64,000 nucleotides of DNA from Trichoplax adhaerens (lineage: Eukaryota > Animalia > Placozoa). A program made the position numbers and the translations under genes. Of this stretch, positions 37,423 through 49,844 are shown piece after piece. The DNA is taken from contig NW_002060959.1 of assembly GCF_000150275.1 (NCBI RefSeq), positions 46,237 through 110,236 of the forward strand, in the 5' to 3' direction. Position 1 is the stretch's first letter. Each line of letters opens with the position of its first letter. A model generated the notes under the pieces. The model made no database searches, was not told the DNA's origin, and saw only the letters and a list, made by a program, of their open reading frames with translations.

Positions 37423-37795
37423 ATGGATAAAGAGCAACGTCAAGCTATCGTCGATCATTGGGATAAACTAGCCGAATCGATGCCCAGTAATCATATGACA
37501 AATAGACTAATTGCAGAAGGAGTACTTTCGCCGACTGATTTACAGGGAATTAATGCCAAGGAAACTGAAAACGAAAAGAATACTACCATTTTGAATAAAA
37601 TTTTAGCCTCAGTATCGCCTGATTGCTATGCCATCTTTATTGATGCTTTGAGACAGATTCCTAATAAGAACAGCCGATTAGCAGACATGATTGAAAGCCG
37701 TTTTAAGGAACAAGCTTCCGCTGATTATAGAAGCGACGCTAGTAAATCGAACAATTTATCAAGCGCTCGTAAACGACAAACAGTAGGTCAGTTAG
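37423..37795 (+). CDS. CARD domain first coding exon, copy B
   Basis: Near-identical to 29792-30164 (7 substitutions seen), with the same donors. Confidence 0.85.
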
Positions 37796-38339
37796 GTAAG
37801 GAAATGGAGCTGCAATGGCTGTTCTTCTCATTGTAAAGCGATTAAATTACTCAATTAGTGTGTTCATATGAAAGTATAACTTATAAAAATTCGAGCCTAG
37901 TCTCATTGCAGGACTAGTTACTATAGATAAGTAGATTAGAACCAGCGCTATTAAAATTGAACATTTCTTAACATCGAACTTAATTTTGGGGTTATACCGT
38001 AACCATGGACTACCATTTGTGCATATACACTGTTCTATTTGTTTGACTTACCGGCATCCATTAGGTATAAAATTGATTGATTTCATCGATAAAGATAGTG
38101 GTAGTAGGCATTATAACCTGTAATTAACGATTATGAAACAACTGCAATATTTTAAATTAGTTTTAAGGAACAATTTTCGCTTTTCGCTGTATTTACAATT
38201 ATCAGCACTCTACATTGGCGAATAGATCGCGTTGAACTTAAGATTCGTAATTCTGCTACAGTTTCAATATAATTTGTTACTCGTATAAATAGCACCGTGC
38301 ATGCAGTAAATATGATTGATCTTTCTAAATATTCTAAAT

Positions 38340-39375
38340 TGTCACAAACCAGCTTCGTGACAAGGATAACGTAAAACAAATCTCTAAATTACTATAATCT
38401 CCTGGATTCAGTATCCCTTAACTATCTCACAAGAATTTAGACACCTTTGATTCTACGTTAAACTCAACTAGACAAATTGAGAACTACTTGTCATGGTGCG
38501 CCGTTACTAATTAAGTAACTGTTGATTAATGAATGCTTATGAATAGATAAGATAAGGTTATGTGCTATGTTTAATGCGCTTATAGCTGATAATAGGATAT
38601 TAGAAATGAGATAAAAATAGAAGTTGTTAACAGTTAATTTACTGTAGGTTTATAAGTTGTGTTAATCTCTAAAAATTGAGCCGTACATGGACGATGGTTA
38701 AGCGTCTTAACACCTGATAGCTTGTAGCTATCTAAGTCTGAGAATATCGACATGTATATTTAGTAATGGTATTATACTAATTAATGTAACTTGTAAAGTA
38801 TGAATTCTCACTCGTTAATATTGGAATTCACTGTAGAAACCTATTTAAGCGCGTGTGTTTGTAGAATAAAGTAAGTAATTGCTCATGAAACGGCAAGACT
38901 CATATCGTGAAGAATAGTGTAACAATTAGTCAGTTGTCTGTGGAGATCAGCCGAGAAATCGAGTTCTCAAATACTTCTCTCATAGAAACTGAAAGTACTG
39001 GGAGAAATAGCCCAAGTTTTAAGTAACTACACTAGAGTTCTTTACTTTCCTTTGACACAAGTGAGGGTTGTGACACTACTTTATTCAACTATCTGACGGG
39101 CTTATATACCCTTCTACAGCAGCTAACATTCACGAGTTATCTTATAAAAATACTTAGGTGAGAACATCTACCTAACTAATTTTTCACAGTCAGACTACAA
39201 TATGTCCATTCACAGAATCATTTCAGTGCACATTACAGCACAGCATTAAATTTACTGAAACACATTTATAATTAGAGTAATTCCTATTGTAAGTAACTAG
39301 TTGTAATATAATATCACTATATTATATTAACCAAATTTAGATATCTATTTCTTCACGGTAGTTCGTACCATGACA
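38340..39375 (-). mobile_element. Solo LTR (outer; ~444 bp after removing the nested insert)
   Basis: Absent from paralogous introns (30700, 43400, 59530). TGTCAC...ATGACA termini; minus-strand TATATAAG (~39102-39109) and AATAAA (39080-39085). Imperfect TSD (taaat/ccaat). Confidence 0.75.
38489..39075 (+). mobile_element. Solo LTR (inner, 587 bp) nested in the outer LTR
   Basis: TGTCAT...GTGACA termini; perfect 5-bp TSD CTACT (38484-38488 and 39076-39080); TATTTAAG then AATAAA at ~38842-38870. Confidence 0.85.
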
Positions 39376-39880
39376 CCAATATACTGTACGGATACGTTAA
39401 TATTGAGCTATAGTTACTACCTATTTCCGCTAATTAGATTAAAACTCTGCTATAGTTTTATTAATCAGTTGACTTGAAAAAATAATGTATTCGAAGGCTG
39501 CTATCAATTTTAAAACTTTTAAACACGTATCAGAAGCATCAGTTTACATCAATTATATTTTGCGCCATGTTTGTTAACCATTACCTCTTAATAAATACGA
39601 AAAAATCTAGCATTTGCGCGGGTAATAGGAAAGTAATCATAAATAAATAAGATTATCCCCAAATAATTACGCATCCTCGACTACCCACACCTACAGTATG
39701 AAGCACTTATCTTAAATACGATCGCAAGTAAGCTCATATATTTCGAAATAAAACAGCTCTACAGCACCAACACCGATAAAATCGGGCTATATTAGCTCAG
39801 AAATGATTTTAGTTTTCTTTCGTATGCATTCAATGTGCCTTTATATCGCCTAATTAATGAACTTGAATTTATTTCACAAG

Positions 39881-39943
39881 AATCTGAAACTAGTCGACAG
39901 AAAAGAACAGCAATGCAAAATGCTATGGATCCAATACGAGATG
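39881..39943 (+). CDS. 63-nt linker micro-exon (ESETSRQKRTAMQNAMDPIRD), phase 1-1
   Basis: cacaag| acceptor and G|gtaagt donor. Confidence 0.75.
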
Positions 39944-40694
39944 GTAAGTTAGTAATGGTCGTCTATTTATCGTATTTAGTTTCCTTGCATGCATATACGA
40001 TTAGGTTATGCCACTTATTAGCATAAGACTAAAATGCGTATGTTAGTTTAATATTAACTTAAACGACATAAAATGAAATAGTTCAATGCAAGCAATATTT
40101 TGTACTTCAAATTGGCATGTTACGGAGGTTGAGAGTTCGGCATTAGTCGCAATAAAGTATAATAGAATAGCTAACGGAAGAGCAATCTTTTTTGAGCTAG
40201 TGTAAGAGAATAATCGTGTAACATTATCGGGTGAGTAATGACGTGATTAGTCGAATAACTATAGTAGTGTAGAATAGATAAAGCGTGCAAGCATACTGTG
40301 TAACTACCAGAACTAACTAACGAAATTGGTGAAAAAAGAATAGCTTTTATAATGTAAGGAGTACAGCAGGAGGAAATTATTTATAAGCGCGAATGATTCA
40401 TGAAAATAGGTTACTTCTATTTTAAGCTAGTGCTACGGTATAGTTTAGCTAGAGTACAAGATATTTCTACAGAGTAAATTGTTAAATATAGATCATACAT
40501 ATTTAGAGTTATGTTACAGTGTAGTGAAAAGTAATTCTTTTACTAAAATTTGACTATACTGCTTTTAGAAGTAAACACTGCACAAATTATATAAAGATAT
40601 TAATGCATTTTGTTAGGAATTTTAGGAGCGTCAATGAATTAATTACAACATCTAAAATATTATCAATATTCTTCAATTATTTGATATCATTTAG

Positions 40695-40979
40695 ATCTTA
40701 AAAGGCGTGATAGCTTTATGTATATCGCTAATAACATAAAGTCAATCAAAGTAATCGAATTTGGTCGAAAGTTGCGATTATCTGAAAATGATGTTGACGA
40801 TATAGTCAATTCGAATCGTAGCAGATTTGATAAGTTTATGAATCTGTTGGAGGAATGGCACTCTCAATTTGTCTCTACAGCAACGTTTGATAAATTATTA
40901 GATACTTTGCGTTCTTGCAATGAAGTAGTAGTAGCTGAGAAGTTGAAAAAGAAATACTCTATATCAAGCAACAGTGGAG
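40695..40979 (+). CDS. Death domain exon (type 2), 285 nt, phase 1-1
   Basis: tttag|AT acceptor and G|gtaaga donor. Translation DLKRRDSFMYIANNIKSIKVIEFGRKLRLSENDVDDIV...LLEEWHSQFVSTATFDKLLDTLRSCNEVVVAEKL. Confidence 0.85.
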
Positions 40980-41832
40980 GTAAGATACGATTTACGAGTA
41001 CTGAATTGTATTCTAGGATAATGATCCACAATATCTAAGCCTAACATTTTCAATATGCAAGACGTATATAAGTATTACATGATACAACTACGTCCTACCT
41101 TGCACTCGCTTTTTAGTCGCATTAATACCACACATACGAATCTGATATTTCAAATAATGATTGAATTTAGCTAAAATCGATTGTTACGCATTCTAGAAAA
41201 CATGAAGTTAGGTAGCCAATGTGCTGCTGTAGATAATTCGACATAGAATATAAGCTTTACAAATAAATAAATGAACTAAGCTTATAGATTGTATTGTTTA
41301 ATCGCAGGAATTAATAAATTAACTATTTGATTGAGTAAATTTAGAAAATATACCGGTAACTAATTTTATAGATGAAGTATTTTAGCATTACAGTTTTTAT
41401 CAAACTAATCTACTAATAATGCTATCTTTAGTGTAGTTAAACATTAATTTTCTAGGACAAAAGGTTATAATTTATGTTTATCATGTTGTGTAAGAGTTAC
41501 AATTATTTAGATTATTCATAATTCAGTAGTTAAGGTAATCGGTATTACGTAATTTAACATGTATATAAATACTAAATTGAATTTGACATTAACCAGTACG
41601 TATTGAATTAACTCATCAAGCTAAGAACTTTTGTGATTAATTTATGTTTATTACATTGAAATTTGATTTTTGATATTGCCTGCTATAATCAGCTAAAACT
41701 TTACCGCTACTTAATCATTACATCCTAAATTTGTAATCAATTTGATATCACTATAAATCTATCTCTCTGATAAATATTCTCTTTGTAAGTAACTACGTAG
41801 TAACTAAATTGCCAGTTTTATCTGTTATTTAG

Positions 41833-41874
41833 ATCAAAAACCGAAAAACTCTGAAGATATTAAAAAAGACACAG
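41833..41874 (+). CDS. 42-nt linker micro-exon (DQKPKNSEDIKKDT), phase 1-1
   Basis: tttag| acceptor and ACAG|gtaatt donor. Confidence 0.65.
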
Positions 41875-44523
41875 GTAATTACAACTATAGACACATTTTA
41901 ATGCTATTATGGGTTCATCGCAATTTCAAGAATATTAGTTATCCTTCCATGGTCGTTAAAATTTAATTGTTATAAGGATTTGTCAAACTTTACTTAAAGT
42001 TATGTTTATACAAGATATTTAGCTGTACAGATCCTGTAACATGAGATGAACACGTTCCAGCTAGTGATTGTAACTTATAGTAATTAGGTAATAGAGTCAC
42101 AACGTACATAAAACTATCACAAATTAAACTTCACTGCACGGTGATGACTATTATTGTATTATCAATGTAGCTTTTCACTTAGTATATAAGATCAAGTGTT
42201 ATCGATACGTAAATTTTCATATAAGTCAAACACAATAACATTTCACCTACAAATAATCAAAACTGAATTTGCCGATTTAGAGCAAGAATTACGTAAATTC
42301 AGACTGCGAAATAAGTGCATAATAATGACCAATCGATTAATTACTCAGCTTTTTAGTAGTCTGTGTGCTAGTTGACATTTTGCCTAAAGTAATGCTCAAC
42401 AAAGAGTAATTTAATATTCGAATCTAATTGTTAAGATAGTAGAGTAATTGCAAAGAAGAGCGAGTACCGCTCTTTCATTGACAACTTCCAGAGTCAGTAA
42501 GAGAATTTAAATCTTTATAAGATTTGGTTAAATCATTTACGAAATACAAAATCGTAACAACTAGATATACGAAGAATACACTACATCGTAACTAGTGATT
42601 ATGATTGGTTAAAGGCGTTTACACTTCATCCTAGATAACCCTAAAATCGATAGCCAACGGACTACGCTAGTCTCTTTGACTACGTATACAAATACTACAA
42701 TTAATAGCTCAGTTAAGCCTGCAGTGACTACTAATATTCGAGGTAACTAGCATATTATTTTTATACTTAAGCTAACTTAGGGCCCTTGTTAATTTATAAT
42801 TTGATTATTTAATTACCGAGAGTAATGAAACTTAACCATTTTACCAATATCCCTCAAAATTACTTTTTACGAAATTTACGGTCTACCTATAACAAAGTTG
42901 TCTTTAATTTTGGAAGAAACTTCGCACTAGAAGTTATCATAGCTAAACTAAAATAAATTACGATTAATTAATTGATGTTCTATCTTACTTGAAATTATCC
43001 CTTTAGTAAGATTAGATTTGCTGTAAGTAAATAGCTGCTGCCGCTAACTGGAGTTATATCGTAACTATAGACTGCCGTTTGTGCATACTGTATACACTGT
43101 TTTAGTTGTTTGACTCATCGATATCTCTTAGGTATAAAATTTATTGATGAAATCAATAAATACAGTGATAGTAGGGATTGCAACCGATAATTAACGATTA
43201 TGAAACAACCTTAATATTTTAAATCATTTTTAAGGAACTATTTTAGCGTATCGCTGTATTTATAATCATCAGCAGTCTAAATTGGTGAATGAATCGCGTT
43301 GAACTTAAAATTCTTAATTCTACTATCTTTACAATATAATTTGTTAGTTACTCGTGTAAATGGCACCATGTATGCAGTAAATATGACTGAGCTTTCTCCC
43401 TATCTCCAATACACTGTACTAATACATCAACATTGGGCTATAGTTATTGCATATTTCCGTGAATTAGATTAAAACTTTGCTATTGCTTTATTAATTGATT
43501 GATTTGAAAAAATAATGTAATCGAAGGTTACTATAAATTTTAAAACTTTCTAACATGTTTCAGAAGCATCAGTTTACATCAAATGTATTTTGCGCTATTT
43601 TTCTTAATCTTTACCTTTTAATAAGCAGGAAAGATTTTTAGCATTTTCGTGAGTTATAGCAAAATAATTATTAATGAATAAGATACTAATTTTTCGACAC
43701 AGATTATCCCAAAATAATTACGCATCCCCGACCACCTATCCCTACTAGGTCTATACAGTACGTAACCTTTAATGCTCACCACTACTGAAGTTTTCCATTG
43801 TTATTTCCCAATATGTTAAAGCATTAAAAAACTCATCAAAGGCTCTATCGCCAATCTAAGGCAAAACATCCAATAAATCGTAAACTTTTCTATAAAACAA
43901 AATTAAATAATTACGATAACTGCTCTCCGACTACCAAATTTATTCTTGCAGTAAATAAATAAACTACTAATTTAGCTTGCCATCGCATATTAGAATAGAA
44001 TATTGTTTAACAGTTACTGAACATGTACTATATAAAAACTCCTTACTCAAAAGCCATCGATTTAGATTTGATTGTTTGTTTGTGGTATGACATTAATATA
44101 TTCGCTCCTAGTAAATATTCACATATTGGTGAGATTTGATGGTAACATTTTTGAGCAAGTAACATACGACTGGCTCTTAGGATTTTACGATATTCTTGAG
44201 TCACTGATCCTGAGGACGTTTTGGGTGGCTTATCTAAAATATTAAATAGATTTTTAAGTTCGAGAAAAGCTACAGTTCTGATAGAAGCTGTATCTGTTTC
44301 TCTTTGCGCTAATTCGAATTACAAACGGTTGTATTTAAGATAAACCCTTTATACTCCGAATAAAGCTCAACCAGGTGATCCATGATAATCCCATTTTCTG
44401 GTAGAAATAACAATAAAGCGATTAGAGTAGAGAATAGTACGATAACTACATAATGAATCTAGATTTTCAATTCATAGTTTTATTATACTCAACTAAATCA
44501 ATAGTTGGTAATTTCAGATTATC

Positions 44524-46440
44524 ATGTAAAACGAATAGCTCTAAGGTAGTAATTTCTACAGAGTACTGATTTTTGAAATAGCATTCGTTATATCGCTAAG
44601 GGTGGCCACTAGGCTTTTCAATTTTGATTGATATAAAACTGTGATGAAAATTGAATTAACATAGAATCTTTATAGAGTTTTCTACACAGCCATTTTGATT
44701 GTTACATTTTCTTATAACGGTTGTTATTGACAGAGCAAGCTTTGCTTGCATACGCTAGCGATCCTTAGACACATTATAATGATTGGTATAGAATTGATCA
44801 CAGTACTAAGGACATTGTAACGCACTGTAGATATTTTACAGTACCAGCTAATCTTAACTTGGTATGTCCATCACTGTACTGTACAATAATTATCATAATG
44901 TACTTTGGATTATTAACTAATCTTAATATAGCATAGTACATTACTATTACCGGGATATATATAATATCGAATGATAATCCCACCCATCCTCCCTTGAAAT
45001 GAGCAGCGTGGGGGTATTTATACTACTGTTAAATGACTCTGATTATGGGTTCATTTCAATAGGTCAGTATAAGATTCTTACAGTACTTTTAACCTAAAGA
45101 TTTCTTCATGTAAAACGAATAGCTCTAAGGTAGTAATTTCTGCAGAGTACTTATTATTAAAATAGTATTCGTTATATCGCTAAGGGTGGCCACTGGGCCT
45201 TTAAATTTTGATTTCATGTAATATTCTGATGAAAATTGAATAAACATAGAATCTTTATAGAGTTTTCTATACAGCCATTTTGATTGTTACATTTTCTTAT
45301 AACGGTTGTTATCGACAGAGCAAGCTTTGCTTGCATACGACAGCGATCCTTAGACACATANNNNNNNNNNNNNNNNNNNNNNNNNNNNNNNNNNNNNNNN
45401 NNNNNNNNNNNNNNNNNNNNNNNNNNNNNNNNNNNNNNNNNNNNNNNNNNNNNNNNNNNNNNNNNNNNNNNNNNNNNNNNNNNNNNNNNNNNNNNNNNNN
45501 NNNNNNNNNNNNNNNNNNNNNNNNNNNNNNNNNNNNNNNNNNNNNNNNNNNNNNNNNNNNNNNNNNNNNNNNNNNNNNNNNNNNNNNNNNNNNNNNNNNN
45601 NNNNNNNNNNNNNNNNNNNNNNNNNNNNNNNNNNNNNNNNNNNNNNNNNNNNNNNNNNNNNNNNNNNNNNNNNNNNNNNNNNNNNNNNNNNNNNNNNNNN
45701 NNNNNNNNNNNNNNNNNNNNNNNNNNNNNNNNNNNNNNNNNNNNNNNNNNAGGATATATATAATATCGAATGATAATATTATCTGTTAATTTTATTAAGA
45801 AATTGACCATAAACGTATATTTGACAGTTTCGCTCACCAACCTTAACATAGCATTAATACCGTATATAGTAACCATCCTTATTCAGTAAACATACTAATA
45901 CGAAAGTTACTTAACGAAATTTGAATTGGTATAGAAATGAATGATCTGTAGGGTTTATGTAAATATTATTGAGAAGGTAGAAGTGATTGATACACATCAG
46001 TAGGTACTATTAGTTCTATTGCTCTCTTACAATTCGTAGTGTTATCCTACTGTAGTTCCCCTGTCCCGATTACTAATATGAAAGTTACTTAACGAAATTT
46101 GAATTGGTATAGAAATGAATGATCTCTAGGATTTATGTAAATATTATTGAGAAGGTAGAAGTGATTGATACACATCAGTAGGTACTATTAGTTCTATTGC
46201 TCTCTTGCAATTCGTAGTGTTATCCTACTGTAGTTCCCCTGTCCCAATTACTTTTGATTTCTATACTGTATATAGTAACCATCCTTATTCGGTAAACATA
46301 CTAATACGAAAGTTACTTAACGAAATTTGAAAAGTGATTGATACACATCAGTAGGTACTCTTAGTTCTATTGCTCTCTTGCAATTCGTAGTGTTACCCTA
46401 CTATAGTTCCCCTGTCCCGGTTATTTTTGATTGCTATATA
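44524..46440. repeat. Local tandem duplications flanking an assembly gap
   Basis: 44524-44772 matches 45107-45360. About three copies of a ~180-200 bp unit lie in 45861-46440. Confidence 0.8.
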
Positions 46441-46882
46441 TCATATTACAAAAAGTATTTCTAAGAGGATAATGTTCGTTAGTCAGCGATCTGATAGTTA
46501 CTGAACCTCTGTTAAAGAAATGTTTTGATACTTTCTGGAATTTGTTGTAATTTTATAAACATATCAGTACTTATTCTAGAGTAAGCTCGATAATATTCAG
46601 CTATTATAGGATTTTTTTAGGCAAAATAGTGGAAGCAAATAGAAAGATATAATATCTTAAATCTGTTTATTTAGCAAGAGAATAGAAATTAAATTCATGA
46701 AAAGACCGTACCTTTCTATATTATTTACGATTGAAAGATAAGCACATAGTTACTTCATCAAATTGAATTAGAAGTGAATGAAAACACTTTATCTATACTT
46801 ATATTCCTTACGAATTAGAAAGGGATAGATTGAAATTCAGTGCAAAGAATTACCATTTGCTATTACCATTTGCTTATCCACT

Positions 46883-47301
46883 TGTGAAGTTGATTGATAA
46901 ATCAAGAATCTTCAAAACTTTAGAAAATTAAGATTTATTAAACAAAACCTCCTTTACCAAGATACAACGTAATCGATTAGCTGAGGACCTCTAACGAGAA
47001 AGAACTATCTTACTATACTAAACTACTCGCTTATATACCTTTCCGCGTTTACAGTCTTAGCACCTTACTTACTACACACTTCAGTATTAGCATCTCAAAT
47101 ACAGGATAGTTTACACTTTTCATGTGAAGCTCTAGTGTGAGCACTGTAGCGCTCCTCTTCAAAGGATTACAGTTACTTAGCTAGCTATATTTAATACTTA
47201 AGCCTCTAACGAGAATATCTATTACATGTTGAACACCACACCTACGGTAGACATTACTAAATATATCATCAACTTAGAATACAATATTACACTGTCTTAC
47301 A
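46883..47301 (-). mobile_element. Solo LTR (419 bp)
   Basis: TG...CA termini (TGTGAAG...CTTACA); 5-bp TSD CCACT (46878-46882 and 47302-47306); minus-strand TATATAAG (~47030) and AATAAA (~46935). Confidence 0.8.
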
Positions 47302-49229
47302 CCACTTTAGACAAGATTTCAATCATAAGAGTCTAAAAATTGAGCTACTGAATTGCAATGATCATTCTTCATTCAAGATAACACAAAGACCGATAGCCAA
47401 AGTGCTACGAAAGCTATCCAGAATGTAAATACTGCAATTCATAACTTGATCAAGCCTGTTGAGACTATTGTTAATTGAAGCACTAAAATATTATTTTCTG
47501 CACTTACGCCATCTTAGGAATTAGATTGTATTATACACTAAGAGTAAATTTCCAGTGATATCTTTGAAGATTACTTTCACTAAGGGTTATGATATTATTT
47601 GTTTTCCTATAATTTCTATAGCCATAGAGCTATTAGTAACTATAATAACGTACAGTAATAATACTATATAGAGATATTAAAGCATTGCTCTAGAAATTAT
47701 AGTAATGGCAATGAAGTAATTATACTTACGGCAATATTTTGAATTTACTTCAATGTTTTCATTAATATTCTCCTTTAAGCTCCTCTATATGGCTTAATTG
47801 TATAATGTAAGGGCCATTTTATATATGGCATTGTTTATGTATTATATTCACTATATTCAAAGTTCTCTGCCAAATTTACAATTTAGGTGGCCGCATGGTG
47901 ATTGGAATCTCTCTGGTAATAGTTATTGCTATCCTGTACATTCGTTTTAGCCAGGATTAGAAAGGGAAGCATTAATTACTTTTATATGTTTTAGTTTTCC
48001 GTCATTATTGAATTATACAGTATTCTACATGCCATTCCATATTTTAAAATGTTTTGCAAGTTATATCGCCGAAAGGTGTTGAACATTAATTGTAGAGTAG
48101 CCATATTTTAAGTAGAATAATTCGGATTGTACAAGGTAATGATGTTCTATTTTAAGAAAAGTGTTCTGTTTGATGACTCAGTTCTGATTATAGTTAATTA
48201 TGTTATCATTAATAGATTTAACGAAATGTATTTGAGGTTCGCGTAGATGAGCTTACCATAGAGAGAGGCTGTACTTCACTTTGAGCTCGGAATACTTTGG
48301 ATTTTAGACTAGGTTCCTTTAGTAATTAATTATTACTCTACTATTCCTAAAACCTTGTAATAAAAATCTTTTCGAAAATTCTATTCGACTAAGACAGTTT
48401 TTTGTACGACAATTTTATTACACTTATCAGTAACAGAATTTGAGTTATGAAATGGAAACTGGTAAAGAAAGTTACAGTGTTAGGTGAGTGAAAGGAACTC
48501 ACGGCATAGCATGAAAAATAGCAGGAAGGAACAGATATTGAACTTCTGCTTGTCATTATTTTCTAGCTCGACTTGCTTTTGTAATTGCCGCTAACAATTG
48601 ACATTGTCAATTTGTCGATGAAATTAGACTGTATCATCTACCACCAATTTATTCATGTCGTATATGATTCGTGATACTACATGAGTCACGTAAGAAATCT
48701 TGTATAGTGTGAAAAGTAATACAAAGTTTATTAGGGAAACTGTATCGTAAAAATATAAGACAGATTTAATAGGAAGTATAAATCTGTAAGCGTAAATCTG
48801 TGTAGGTGATCGTAAGATGGTCCAAGTATAAGTGCAGAATGGAGGTAGAATGCAAGAGAAGGATTAATGTAAAATTATACCAGTCGAAAATAAAGAACTG
48901 CTCAGAAAGGCTACAAAACTAGAAAACTATTCACATAATACCAAACATTCATTCGTAAAGTATATGATTTTTCCATTACTACGTATACTGTATACTCATC
49001 GTATTCCAATATCACTCTAAAATCTGATAGCTATTAATATGCATATACACGTATGCTAACCGCGGTAACTGCAATATTCGATACGCGTAGATCTGTTCAT
49101 TACTGTAAATTTACGACGTTAATAATAGTCTTCCTGTCGAAATAGTTCATCGAAATCATAATGAATTAATGCAAAAACCAAAAAATTAGATTTTTAACAC
49201 ATTTAGGATAAAGATAACAATTATCATCT

Positions 49230-49844
49230 TGTTACAATACTAGTAATCGTATCTTGTAAATTAGTTTGTTAGTCTCTATAAAATTGTTTATTACTTGAAG
49301 TATTAATTGAAAATCTAGATTAATTATTAGCACCAGTAAGAGTTACTGTTAATTAAGGTTGTTAATTAATATACAATACTGTATAGTGGTGCTGAGCCTC
49401 TAGTTGTTAGTTAGCTAATAATGGTGATAATTGATTGATGTTGTTTACACCTGATTTATATTAATTGATGTTGTTTACACCTTGACTCGAGTCATGCTGA
49501 GTCATATAATAATGGTAATCCTGTTTCTCATACTGAGTGAGTAAATTGTATTATACGTATTTCTCTACTTTGCATCACCTACGTGTGGCGACTGTATATA
49601 AGCTCGAGCAGAAAATATATCGCTCAGTTGATACTTCTCTAGCGTACGACAAGGTACTCTCGTGGCATGACCAGAAGTAAAAACTCATAAACTAATCTTA
49701 CAAGAAGCCGCTTATTATACTTGTGAGGCAGTTGTTAGTCTTGCTTACAGTATCTCTCCGTAGTTAGTTGGTGACTAAGTAGCTATTAAGTTAGTTACTC
49801 ACATTAGAAGAGAGTAGACAGTGGTATTACTCGTGTAGGTGACA
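49230..49844 (+). mobile_element. Solo LTR (615 bp)
   Basis: TGTTAC...GTGACA termini; 5-bp TSD CATCT (49225-49229 and 49845-49849); internal TATATAAG at ~49595. Confidence 0.8.

Noticed and set aside
40118-40520. Possible LTR starting TGTTAC in the copy B intron
   Set aside because: No matching end with a TSD was found.
45214-45876. ORFs spanning N runs (also 60027-60479)
   Set aside because: Artefacts of assembly gaps.
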